Source: Candidatus Buchananbacteria bacterium CG10_big_fil_rev_8_21_14_0_10_33_19
GTDB taxonomy: Bacteria > Patescibacteriota > Patescibacteriia > 2-01-FULL-39-33
Direction of reading: 5' to 3'
DNA: 64,000 nucleotides
Assembly: GCA_002773855.1 (NCBI GenBank)
Contig: PEZY01000004.1
Location: 6,090 to 70,089 of the forward strand
Made by a program: the position numbers and the translations under genes. Below the pieces are notes generated by a model. It ran no database searches, had not been told where the DNA came from, and saw only the letters and a list, made by a program, of their open reading frames with translations. Below are positions 20,828 through 29,277 of this stretch, one piece after another; position 1 is the stretch's first letter; each line of letters opens with the position of its first letter.

Positions 20828-21403
20828 TTAAACAATTTCATCAATTAAACCATAAGCCAGCGCCTCTTCTGCTGACAAATCTTGACCGGCTTTTGATATT
20901 TGTGAAATGGACTTTTTAGATTGACCAGAACATTTTACATAAATATTATTAATACGTTGTGAATCTTTTTTTACACCTTGTACTAATTGTTCCATAAACT
21001 TGGCGAAAGCTCTGGGGTTCAACACGTTTGATGCTTCTAATTTATTAACATCAACCAAAACATCATGAATCTTAAGATGAGCATGAAAATAAGCTAAGCG
21101 ATAATCGCAAGCCTGAAGGATAGCCATAGCCACCGATCGACAAAAAGTAGTAACCGTTCCTGTAACATGCCCGGGATAATTTTTGATTAAATCATAAATA
21201 CACAAGCCGACATCAACATTACCACCATTACTTGTAATCATAATTCTAATGTCTGGATTACCCTCGGTTTGTAAAATTATCATAGCTTCATGAACATATT
21301 TTGCCATTTCTTCATCTACAGGACCAGACAAATCTAAAATATGTCTAAAAAGAAGACTTTCTCTAATCGGATCGATACTATCGTATTTCCACATCAGATT
21401 CAC
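20828..21403 (-). CDS. ClpP-family (crotonase-fold) protease-like protein, divergent.
   Basis: 'ITSNGGNVDVGLCIYD' matches ClpP 'ITSPGGSVTAGLAIYD'. His ('LKIHDV') and Asp ('QDLSAEEALAYGLIDEIV') blocks are present. The catalytic Ser position is ambiguous. Confidence 0.55.
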   Translation of the reverse strand: MNLMWKYDSIDPIRESLLFRHILDLSGPVDEEMAKYVHEAMIILQTEGNPDIRIMITSNGGNVDVGLCIYDLIKNYPGHVTGTVTTFCRSVAMAILQACDYRLAYFHAHLKIHDVLVDVNKLEASNVLNPRAFAKFMEQLVQGVKKDSQRINNIYVKCSGQSKKSISQISKAGQDLSAEEALAYGLIDEIV

Positions 21404-21476
21404 CTCCTAGGTTAAATACAAAGAACTTAAAAGTAGCCTATCAAAAAAACTATAAAATATCAACGATTCTTAGTAA

Positions 21477-23771
21477 TTATCTTTTAATCACTTCCAATAC
21501 TCCTCGAGAAAAATTACAGCCAACTATTCGACAATACTTACCACAGCCTCGGATACCCTTACGCTCTAATAGCGCGTTAACTTTCATAATTTTTTTTAGT
21601 TTTTCTTTTCTTAAATTGCCAATAAACCTTCGCTTAAAACACAGGGCTATATCACCAGTGGGATAGATTACCATATTCCGTTGACCAGCAAAACAACGAT
21701 ATCTTAATACTCTCTTAGGATCTAGATAATAATCTTCTATAGCTATTATATTAGCTAAAGAATTTTTTAATTTATTAGAATTATTTTTTAACCAATCAAA
21801 TAATTCTTTAGACTTTTCTATTCCTGGCCATAAATTTACCACCATTTCGTTATTAATCATATTTTTAGATTGATTAGATTCAATAATTTCATCTAATGGT
21901 TGAATAATTACGTCAACATTACCAAGATCATATAGATAATCAACCAAAGCTGGTATTTGTTTAACATTATATGAAGTAATTAAAACTCCCACCTCTAATT
22001 TAATACTACTTTTAACTACCAAATCTACGGTGCGCATCGCATTTTTAAAAGCAATCTCTGTGCCTCTGACAAAATTATGACTATCAGCCTCCAAACTATA
22101 TAAAGACACCTTTAATCTATCTAATTTTTGATTTTCTAATTCCTGAATAGTTTTTTCATTAATTAATGAACCATTGGTATTTAAAACAACCGTCTGAAAA
22201 TATTTTTTTAAATCACCAATCAATGAAAATACCAAATCTTTTTTAATTAAGGCCTCACCGCCACTTATTTCAACAAAACTTTTAGCTGGTAGGTAAGATT
22301 TTAATTGTTTGGCTACTCCTAACCACTCATCAATATTCATTTCACCATCAAAATTTGTTTTCTTCCAGATATCACAAGTCTTACATTTAAAATTACAACG
22401 AAAAGTAGTGACCAGACTAATATAATCTGGCTTATATAAATCACGCCCACTAAAATAACTAACCTCCAATAAAACTTTAGAAATTATTTTTTCTAAAAAA
22501 CCAACTTTAGAAAAATCTTTTAAACTGAGGCCAATAATTAACCAAAACAACATAACCCCAAAATAACTCGTCCACAAATAGTGATCAAAAAAACCAACAA
22601 TTAGCAGTGCCAACAAAGCCGAGACCGTAAACATATTACTAGCCTTATAGCCCGCCAACAATATCAATAGTATAAACAAGCCAAAACCAATAATTCCTAA
22701 TTCTGCTAAAATCATTAGATAAATATTATGAGCTGGTTGATAATGCCAACCAGGTGAACCCGGTCTAAAAGTCACTAAATAATTAGTGTAATTGCCCAAA
22801 CCCACACCTAATATTGGCTGAGTCAAAAAAACATCTTTAGCTTCAAACAAAGAATCTACTCTTTGTTCTATGGATTTTTCCTCTAGTCTTTCAGTATTTG
22901 ATAATCGTGTTAAAATTAACGGCTTATAAATAACAAGTAGTGGCACTAAAATTAATAACAAATAAGTAGAAATTTTAATTAAATCTAAAAATCTTTTTTT
23001 ATAAATTAATATCATCAAACAGGTGAAATAAGCAATTACTGCTGCTAGCCAAGCTGAGCGAGAAAAAGAAAAAAATAAACCCACAGTTATAAACACCAAA
23101 CTGATAGAAACCAATAACTTACGTTTATTTGTTGATTCATTTATATATAAATAAACCCCAGCCAAAAAACATATAACCAAGAAGCCACCAAAAATATTAG
23201 GGTGAGGTAAAGTACCATAGGCCCTTAGCCAACGCTGATCCAACGCCCCAACAACTGAAGAATTAATATCCAGCGGCAAATGACTAGCCACACCTAGCCA
23301 CTTGCTAGCCACTACCTGTTGAGATAAAAATTGCCACAACCCTAAAATTGATTGTAATAAACCAGCAAGTAAAAGTGACCGGAGAATAAATTTGATTTTA
23401 ATTTGAGAATTTAAAACTATAAACATTAAAACAATGCCTTCAATTAATTTTAACCACCAATAAATAGACAAATAATTATTAGTACTCCAAGCTACTGACA
23501 AAATCGAATAAAACATCACCAGGCCAATCACTATAAATACAAGTAATTTAAAGCGATCAAAAATTAATTCTTTTTTTTGTTTTAAAATATAATACATATA
23601 ATTAATAATAATCAACCAAAAAATAATTTCTATACTATAAATCAAGAAAGATCCTTCTTGCCATTTAAAGCCAAAAATAAATTGCTCTTTTAAAATCCAA
23701 ACTGTGGAAATTGGCAATAAAAATATAAACAAATAAATCAAAAATTCAATTATTTTATTTAATCTATTCAT
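21477..23771 (-). CDS. Fusion protein: N-terminal O-antigen-ligase/Wzy_C-like polytopic membrane domain plus C-terminal radical SAM domain with a SPASM-like Cys cluster.
   Basis: ~12 TM helices with the WaaL-family hallmark 'PAHNIYLMILAELG'. Then 'CNFKCKTCD' (CX3CX2C) and 'GGEAL'. C-terminal 'CFAG...C...CGKYC...GC'. Confidence 0.6.
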   Translation of the reverse strand: MNRLNKIIEFLIYLFIFLLPISTVWILKEQFIFGFKWQEGSFLIYSIEIIFWLIIINYMYYILKQKKELIFDRFKLLVFIVIGLVMFYSILSVAWSTNNYLSIYWWLKLIEGIVLMFIVLNSQIKIKFILRSLLLAGLLQSILGLWQFLSQQVVASKWLGVASHLPLDINSSVVGALDQRWLRAYGTLPHPNIFGGFLVICFLAGVYLYINESTNKRKLLVSISLVFITVGLFFSFSRSAWLAAVIAYFTCLMILIYKKRFLDLIKISTYLLLILVPLLVIYKPLILTRLSNTERLEEKSIEQRVDSLFEAKDVFLTQPILGVGLGNYTNYLVTFRPGSPGWHYQPAHNIYLMILAELGIIGFGLFILLILLAGYKASNMFTVSALLALLIVGFFDHYLWTSYFGVMLFWLIIGLSLKDFSKVGFLEKIISKVLLEVSYFSGRDLYKPDYISLVTTFRCNFKCKTCDIWKKTNFDGEMNIDEWLGVAKQLKSYLPAKSFVEISGGEALIKKDLVFSLIGDLKKYFQTVVLNTNGSLINEKTIQELENQKLDRLKVSLYSLEADSHNFVRGTEIAFKNAMRTVDLVVKSSIKLEVGVLITSYNVKQIPALVDYLYDLGNVDVIIQPLDEIIESNQSKNMINNEMVVNLWPGIEKSKELFDWLKNNSNKLKNSLANIIAIEDYYLDPKRVLRYRCFAGQRNMVIYPTGDIALCFKRRFIGNLRKEKLKKIMKVNALLERKGIRGCGKYCRIVGCNFSRGVLEVIKR

Positions 23772-24724
23772 TTTACTATCTCCTTTAATTTATTAATAAA
23801 CATATTTTGATACATTAATCTTCGATCATTCTCATGAAATTTTAACATAGTATCACTAATAATGACTCGACTATCATTTTCCTTGGCCAGACTCTTATTA
23901 TTTTTGGACATTTTTATAAACTGAATTGCTTTTAAAGTTTTTTCTAATTTATTACCAAACCAACCATCTAAAATATACTCTAAAAGTCTGACAGTAGTCT
24001 TAGATGATCTGGTTCCATCAACCCGGCGCCAATGACTACCATATTTTGATAAATAATTTGGCACATATTTTTTAATCCAACTATTTTTTTTCAAAAAAAT
24101 ATCATAACTACCACGATCATATATCGGGAATAAATTAACAATCCAATAAATTAAATATACGTCATTATCTATTATTTTTATTTTGGAAAAATCTAAATCA
24201 TCTTCTGAGGCGTAAAAACTAAGGCACAAGCGATTAGCTATTTTTTGATCATGACGCCTTAAACGCATCAAACTAATTAACACTGTGACCAAAAAACGAG
24301 CTATAAACAAACGATTTTTAGATGTGACAATAAATAAATCTATATCGCTATCATCTCTAATATTATTATTACCAGAATTATTACACAACCCCACCAATTT
24401 TATAAATGGTAAAAATTTTATCGCCTCAATACCTCTTTTGGCGATTTTGTTTTTATTACTAGCCAAGGCATATCGCCTAAGCCTAGTTAAAATAATATCA
24501 TCTCTACTGTTTAAAAAATAAAAACCTTTACTACATTTTAATCTATCATTCAAATAACGGCTGGTAATCAATATATCTTTAATATCTTTTAACTCAATTT
24601 GCTTCTCTGTATTTGTGTCAAGCCAAAGCCATTGCCAAATTTCCAACAACGTCAGCGGATAATCAAAGATATCAAAATAACAAATTGTCGATAAAATAGC
24701 GATTTCTAATTTTTTACTATCCAT
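23768..24724 (-). CDS. Hypothetical protein with a nucleotidyltransferase-fold-like motif, translationally coupled (ATGA) to the rSAM fusion gene.
   Basis: 'SGNNNIRDDSDIDLFIV' resembles the NTase [GS]-x9-DxD motif. 4-nt overlap with the downstream gene. Confidence 0.35.
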   Translation of the reverse strand: MDSKKLEIAILSTICYFDIFDYPLTLLEIWQWLWLDTNTEKQIELKDIKDILITSRYLNDRLKCSKGFYFLNSRDDIILTRLRRYALASNKNKIAKRGIEAIKFLPFIKLVGLCNNSGNNNIRDDSDIDLFIVTSKNRLFIARFLVTVLISLMRLRRHDQKIANRLCLSFYASEDDLDFSKIKIIDNDVYLIYWIVNLFPIYDRGSYDIFLKKNSWIKKYVPNYLSKYGSHWRRVDGTRSSKTTVRLLEYILDGWFGNKLEKTLKAIQFIKMSKNNKSLAKENDSRVIISDTMLKFHENDRRLMYQNMFINKLKEIVK

Positions 24725-24887
24725 ATTATAAAATTATTACCCTATAAACTTACCATAAAAACCATTTTTTATTAACTATATTTTTGGATTGACATTTAAG
24801 TCAATAGATCCTATAATCAAAACTGTTATTTAAATAAAAAATAACTCTAAATACATCAAATTTAAAACCAACAAAATAATTATTAAA

Positions 24888-26201
24888 TTGTGGACATTGG
24901 CCTTAAAAATGACCACGCTTACTCTAATGTCCTTGGAAAAATTATTAAAATTATCCAGGGGTCCTTTTTTATTAGTTTCAAATTTAATTTTTAGGGCCAT
25001 TATTTTACCAAATTTTGGCAGATATTTATTAGTTAAAAATCGCATCACTAAAAAAACATCAAACTTCAGAGAAAAATTACTACTAACTTTTACTAATCAA
25101 TATGTTATTCATTTGATTATAATCCTAATATCAATTTTAGTAACTACGTCTAATATTTTAGCATATGAGAGACGTGAAAACTACGGTCAAAATTCTCTCA
25201 TTTATCAAGTTATCGGTCTAGAAGGCATAGAAATATTACAAGATACCACCACCACCTTAGAAGAGCCTAAAGTTTATAGCTATTTAGGAGAAACTTTTCA
25301 AGTTGGAACTGACGTGTATTCTGAAGCCCAAAGAAGAGAATCAGAACTATCAAAAGAACAAGCTGACAATAGTATATTAGTAACCGAAGGTGGAGTAACA
25401 CTATCCAAACCAGATCTAGTTAGCACCGAAGGTGCTAAGGTTACTAGAACTACCATCAAGAAATATGAAGTAGCTACAGGAGATGTAATTGGTAATATTG
25501 CTTCTAAATTTGGTGTGTCTGTCGAAACCATACTTTGGGCTAATAACTTAACTAGCAGATCTTACATTAAGCCTGGCCAAGAATTAATTATTCCACCAAC
25601 CACTGGTGTATTACACACTATCAAAAAGGGTGACACTCTAAAAAGTATTGCCAACAAATATGACGCTTCCAGCACCAAAATTATTGAATTTAATAATATT
25701 AAAGATGATTCACTATTAGTTATTGGTGATACCTTGATGATTCCTGGCGGTAGAATAATTTATACCTCTGCTCCAAGAGCCTATGTCGCCCCAACTACTC
25801 CAGCACCTACATATACCGCTCCAGTAGTTTCCTCTAATGGTGGCATGGTCTGGCCAAATGGTTGCAGTCGAATAACACAATACTTCAAGGGTTGGCTTCA
25901 TACCGGTATTGATATTGCTTGTCCTTATGGTACGCCAATTGTGGCAGCTGCTGACGGTGTGGTATCAAGGGTGCAATACCTAAATACGGGCTATGGCTAT
26001 AATATTATTATTGATCATGGTAGTGGTAAACAAACACTTTATGGTCACGCTAGTTGGATTGGTGTAGTTGTTGGTCAACACGTCAACCAAGGTGAGGTCA
26101 TCGCCAAAGAAGGTTCAACTGGTAGATCAACTGGTCCTCATCTTCACTTTGAAGTCAGAATTAATGGATCGCAATTAAACCCACTTAGCTATATTAGATA
26201 A
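24888..26201 (+). CDS. LysM-domain (x2) M23-family metallopeptidase. True start may be downstream of the first Met.
   Basis: Two LysM repeats ('GDVIGNIASKFGVSVETI', 'GDTLKSIANKYDAS'). M23 motifs 'HTGIDIA' and 'GPHLHFEV'. Confidence 0.8.
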   Translation: MWTLALKMTTLTLMSLEKLLKLSRGPFLLVSNLIFRAIILPNFGRYLLVKNRITKKTSNFREKLLLTFTNQYVIHLIIILISILVTTSNILAYERRENYGQNSLIYQVIGLEGIEILQDTTTTLEEPKVYSYLGETFQVGTDVYSEAQRRESELSKEQADNSILVTEGGVTLSKPDLVSTEGAKVTRTTIKKYEVATGDVIGNIASKFGVSVETILWANNLTSRSYIKPGQELIIPPTTGVLHTIKKGDTLKSIANKYDASSTKIIEFNNIKDDSLLVIGDTLMIPGGRIIYTSAPRAYVAPTTPAPTYTAPVVSSNGGMVWPNGCSRITQYFKGWLHTGIDIACPYGTPIVAAADGVVSRVQYLNTGYGYNIIIDHGSGKQTLYGHASWIGVVVGQHVNQGEVIAKEGSTGRSTGPHLHFEVRINGSQLNPLSYIR

Positions 26202-26244
26202 AAATCATCAGACTAAAAAACTCCCTAAATCAATAGGGAGTTTT

Positions 26245-27765
26245 TTAGTCTATTTTAGGCCGATACTGCAGAGCTTCGGCAATATGCTCCACTGTAATAT
26301 TTTCTGAATTAGCGAGATCAGCTATAGTTCTAGCCACCTTAATTATTCGATAATAAGCTCTGGCTGACAAGTGTAATTTATCTGTCGCTTGTCTTAAAAT
26401 ATCTTTACTACTGCTATCTAATAAACAATATTTTTTTAATTGTTCTGGACCTATTTCCGAATTATCAAATATATTTTCACTTTCAAATCTAGCTAGTTGA
26501 ATATTGCGAGCCAATTGAACTCTGTTTCTAATAACCTCTGAACTCTCGCCAATATTTTCGCTTTCCAATTTAGAAAAACTTATTCGTGGTACTTCCACAT
26601 GTAAATCTATTCTATCCAAAAGTGGTCCAGATGCTCGTTTTTGATATTTAATAACTTGTGACAAGTTACAAATACATTCACCATTTGGATCCGAATAGAA
26701 ACCACAAGGACAAGGATTCATAGCCGCCACTAGTACAAACCTGGCTGGAAAACTTAAAGTACCAGATACTCTAGACACAGCAATTACGCCATCCTCCAGT
26801 GGTTGTCTTAAATTTTCCAAGACATTTTTAGGAAATTCTAAAAATTCATCCAAAAACAAAACCCCTCTATGCGATAATGATATTTCACCAGGTTTGGGCC
26901 AAGCCCCACCGCCAACCAAGGCTACTCCGGAAGCAGTATGATGAGGGCTTCTAAAAGGCCGCGTTGTCATTAATGGTTTATCAGCCGACAAAAGGCCAGC
27001 GGTACTATAAATCTTGGTTACCTCCAAGCTCTCATCAGCTGACATTTTAGGCAAGATAGAGACCACAGCTTTGGCTAACATAGTCTTACCAGAACCTGGT
27101 GGCCCTGACATCAAAATATTATGACTCCCAGCAGCCGCAATTTCCAAAGCTCGCTTAGCCTGTTCTTGTCCCTTAATATAGGCCATATCTACTGCAAATT
27201 GAGTAGTCGTTGTAGGAGCATTAGCGCTAGAAACATAACGGTGTATTGACTCTTCGCCTTTTAAGTGTTTAGCTAATTGTTGTAAATTTTCCACTGCAAA
27301 AACATTTAAACCATCTACTAAACTAGCCTCACCAGCATTAGCGGCTGGCAAAAAAATATTTTTAATACTACGACGCTTGCACATATCCGCAATAGAGAGT
27401 ACCCCACTAACCGGCCTCAGATAACCATCTAGTGATAATTCGCCAACAAATAAACTATTTTTAAAATCATCTAATTTGATCTGATCGGTTTTTAAGAGAC
27501 AAGCTACAGCAATTGGTAAATCATAATAAGCGCCCATTTTTTTTAAATCAGCTGGCGCTAAATTAATAGTTACGTTGCCACGAGGAAATTCTAAATCAGA
27601 ATTTTTAACCGCACTCCGAACTCGACTTTTGCTTTCGTCTACTGCCTTATCTGGTAAACCCACAATGTACATTCCAGGTGTGCCATGAGGTGAATTATCA
27701 GCTTCGACTTCTACTGGAATAGCATCAAGCCCAATAATAGCGGCTGAAAGAATTCTAACTGACAT
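26245..27765 (-). CDS. comM: Mg-chelatase-like AAA+ ATPase YifB/ComM.
   Basis: N-terminal Lon-like domain. Walker A 'GPPGSGKT'. Typical ComM C-terminal block. Confidence 0.85.
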   Translation of the reverse strand: MSVRILSAAIIGLDAIPVEVEADNSPHGTPGMYIVGLPDKAVDESKSRVRSAVKNSDLEFPRGNVTINLAPADLKKMGAYYDLPIAVACLLKTDQIKLDDFKNSLFVGELSLDGYLRPVSGVLSIADMCKRRSIKNIFLPAANAGEASLVDGLNVFAVENLQQLAKHLKGEESIHRYVSSANAPTTTTQFAVDMAYIKGQEQAKRALEIAAAGSHNILMSGPPGSGKTMLAKAVVSILPKMSADESLEVTKIYSTAGLLSADKPLMTTRPFRSPHHTASGVALVGGGAWPKPGEISLSHRGVLFLDEFLEFPKNVLENLRQPLEDGVIAVSRVSGTLSFPARFVLVAAMNPCPCGFYSDPNGECICNLSQVIKYQKRASGPLLDRIDLHVEVPRISFSKLESENIGESSEVIRNRVQLARNIQLARFESENIFDNSEIGPEQLKKYCLLDSSSKDILRQATDKLHLSARAYYRIIKVARTIADLANSENITVEHIAEALQYRPKID

Positions 27766-27850
27766 AAAATTAGATTAATTTATATTAGTTTTATTATAAC
27801 ACAGTAAAATAAAAATACGCTGGAAATATTTCTAGCGTATTTTTATATTA

Positions 27851-28294
27851 TTATTTTTTTCTAAAACTATTAACCATAATTAATATAACTCCCAGAACTA
27901 TCATCACATCAGCTAAATTAAAAACGGTATAATATTTTAAATCTATATAATCAATTACCTCTCTCCAAATAATTCGATCAATTAAATTGGATATTGCCCC
28001 CAATATAATAAGAGTGAAGCCCAAAATATTAAAATTATTTTTTTGCTGATAAGCTTTTAATAAAGCAAAAAATAAAACGGGAATAATTAAAAAATAAATT
28101 AAAATTAAAGCATAGTAGTTAAAACCTAGTCCAAAAGCAATGCCCGAATTAGTGGCTAATTTTAATTTTAAAATATCACCAAAAATAAAATATTCCTCAC
28201 TAGCATTAGTGAAGAATATTTTTTTAAGTAATATATCCAAAAATAATACATTTAAAACTATGATATTGATAGCCCAATATCTAATATTTAACAT
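27851..28294 (-). CDS. lspA: Lipoprotein signal peptidase II.
   Basis: 'NSGIAFG', 'NLIDR' and 'FNLAD' LspA motifs. Confidence 0.8.
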   Translation of the reverse strand: MLNIRYWAINIIVLNVLFLDILLKKIFFTNASEEYFIFGDILKLKLATNSGIAFGLGFNYYALILIYFLIIPVLFFALLKAYQQKNNFNILGFTLIILGAISNLIDRIIWREVIDYIDLKYYTVFNLADVMIVLGVILIMVNSFRKK

Positions 28295-28296
28295 GA

Positions 28297-28692
28297 TTAT
28301 TTTCTAGTAATGGCATTTTTACAAGAAACACAAGAACCTGATTCTGGACGTATTTTTAATCTTTCAATTTCAATTGGCTCTCCACAATGGCTACAAGTAC
28401 CATAGGTACCATCTGCTATTTTCTTTAAAGATTTTTCAACATCCCTTAAATCCTTTTCTAACTCTCTTTCTACTGATAGATTTTTAGCATAATCAGCTAC
28501 CTCTACGGCATTGTCTTCAGCGCTATCGCCATAATCTGGAAAGTCAGCATTAAAATTTATTTCTGCACCAACCTCACCAGTCTCTTGATGACCAATACTA
28601 CCAAGCTGTTCAATAACAGAAATCTTTCTGTCTTCGAGTTTCTTTTTAAGACTTTCTAGTAACTGTTTATCCATAGATTTATTATTAATCAT
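28297..28692 (-). CDS. DksA/TraR-family C4 zinc-finger protein. The ORF table extends it upstream through a non-coding GC-rich element; the likely start is 'MINNKSMDKQ'.
   Basis: C-terminal 'CSHCGEPI...CVSCKN' with the coiled-coil N-terminus typical of DksA/TraR. The upstream 145 aa of the ORF are not protein-like. Confidence 0.6.
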   Translation of the reverse strand: MINNKSMDKQLLESLKKKLEDRKISVIEQLGSIGHQETGEVGAEINFNADFPDYGDSAEDNAVEVADYAKNLSVERELEKDLRDVEKSLKKIADGTYGTCSHCGEPIEIERLKIRPESGSCVSCKNAITRK

Positions 28693-28734
28693 AAACTTAA
28701 AATTCCCTACAGGAATTGATAGTAGTATAGCAGA

Positions 28735-29109
28735 AAAAAAAGAGAAAAAAAAGGAGCGCAAGTTTTTCTCCACATGCACGGGTATGTATTGGAGTGACTT
28801 ACGCTCACGGACTCTAGAGTCTGTCTTGACTATCGCCAATAGTTGGCTGGCAGCAGACAAGAATGCAGGACCTAAGAGGGTTTGTTTATTCGAACAATAA
28901 ACTATGTTTTCTACCGGATACTGGCCGAAAACCCTCTTTGTGGGGGTCGACCTTACGAGGTCGTCAGCATGGAGGTAGTTCGATTGTCCCTCCAAAAAAT
29001 CAGTTGTATCTAGTAAAAAACAGAGAGTTAACATCAAAGCTTGGTTTTCATGGTAATTCCCTACAAAAATTGTTAAAAAGAGCATTTCACAGTGATTATC
29101 ATAATCACT
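28735..29109 (-). ncRNA. Candidate structured non-coding RNA or long structured leader (unclassified) upstream of the dksA-like gene.
   Basis: Evidence that it is non-coding: abrupt GC rise in an AT-rich genome, no protein-like ORF on either strand, and multiple long-range complementary segments such as AAGAGGGTTT/AAACCCTCTT. Evidence that it is transcribed: a perfect sigma70 promoter 5' of it on the minus strand, and a 3' GGAG...CTCC hairpin followed by U8. Confidence 0.35.
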
Positions 29110-29115
29110 GTAATC

Positions 29116-29144
29116 ATTATAGCACACTTTTTAGTCAATGTCAA
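29116..29144 (-). promoter_or_regulatory. Perfect consensus sigma70 promoter (TTGACA-N17-TGcTATAAT) reading into the GC-rich element.
   Basis: Minus-strand sequence TTGACATTGACTAAAAAGTGTGCTATAAT with exact -35 and -10 hexamers, 17-nt spacer and a TGn extended -10. Confidence 0.55.
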
Positions 29145-29192
29145 TGCTAAATATTGACTAAAATTAGAGAAAAAGACTCCACTAGCTATTTT

Positions 29193-29236
29193 ATATCCAC
29201 AGGCTTCCTTTAGAAGTTATCAACTCTTTATCCACA
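29193..29236. promoter_or_regulatory. Two DnaA-box-like 9-mers (aTATCCACA and exact TTATCCACA), same orientation, ~35 bp apart.
   Basis: Match to the DnaA box consensus TTATCCACA, read directly. Confidence 0.3.
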
Positions 29237-29277
29237 ACAGATAAAAATTGTGCAAAACTACACATAGTAGCTAATTT

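Noticed and set aside
28735-29005. Attempt to classify the GC-rich element as RNase P RNA, tmRNA, 4.5S/SRP RNA, a hammerhead or a group II domain V.
   Set aside because: Scanning both strands by eye found none of the class-defining conserved strings or end structures. These include GGAAAGUCCGGGCUC / GGUAAGAG / ACAGAACCCGGCUUA, a tRNA-Ala-like CCA acceptor plus tag ORF, GGAAGGAAGCAGC, CUGANGA...GAAA, and the AGC-triad hairpin. It is left unclassified rather than forced into a family.
28703-29069. 11-bp direct repeat AATTCCCTACA flanking the element, considered as a target-site duplication of a MITE-like insertion.
   Set aside because: No terminal inverted repeats were found inside the duplicated sites. 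An 11-bp TSD is atypical. The repeat could equally be a regulatory or ribosome-proximal motif, since both copies precede an AUG. The repeat is recorded in the finding, but no mobile element is called.
28297-29127. 276-aa ORF apparently giving the DksA/TraR protein a long N-terminal extension.
   Set aside because: Only the C-terminal ~131 aa look like a protein (coiled coil plus C4 finger). The upstream 145 codons read through a GC-rich, low-complexity, non-protein-like segment that has a consensus promoter and a terminator of its own. The gene was therefore truncated to start at 28692 and the rest treated as non-coding.
28863-29150. 95-aa + strand ORF (MQDLRGFVYSNNKLCF...).
   Set aside because: It overlaps the GC-rich element and the promoter, has no SD, and its composition is not protein-like. 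Judged a spurious ORF caused by high GC in an AT-rich background.
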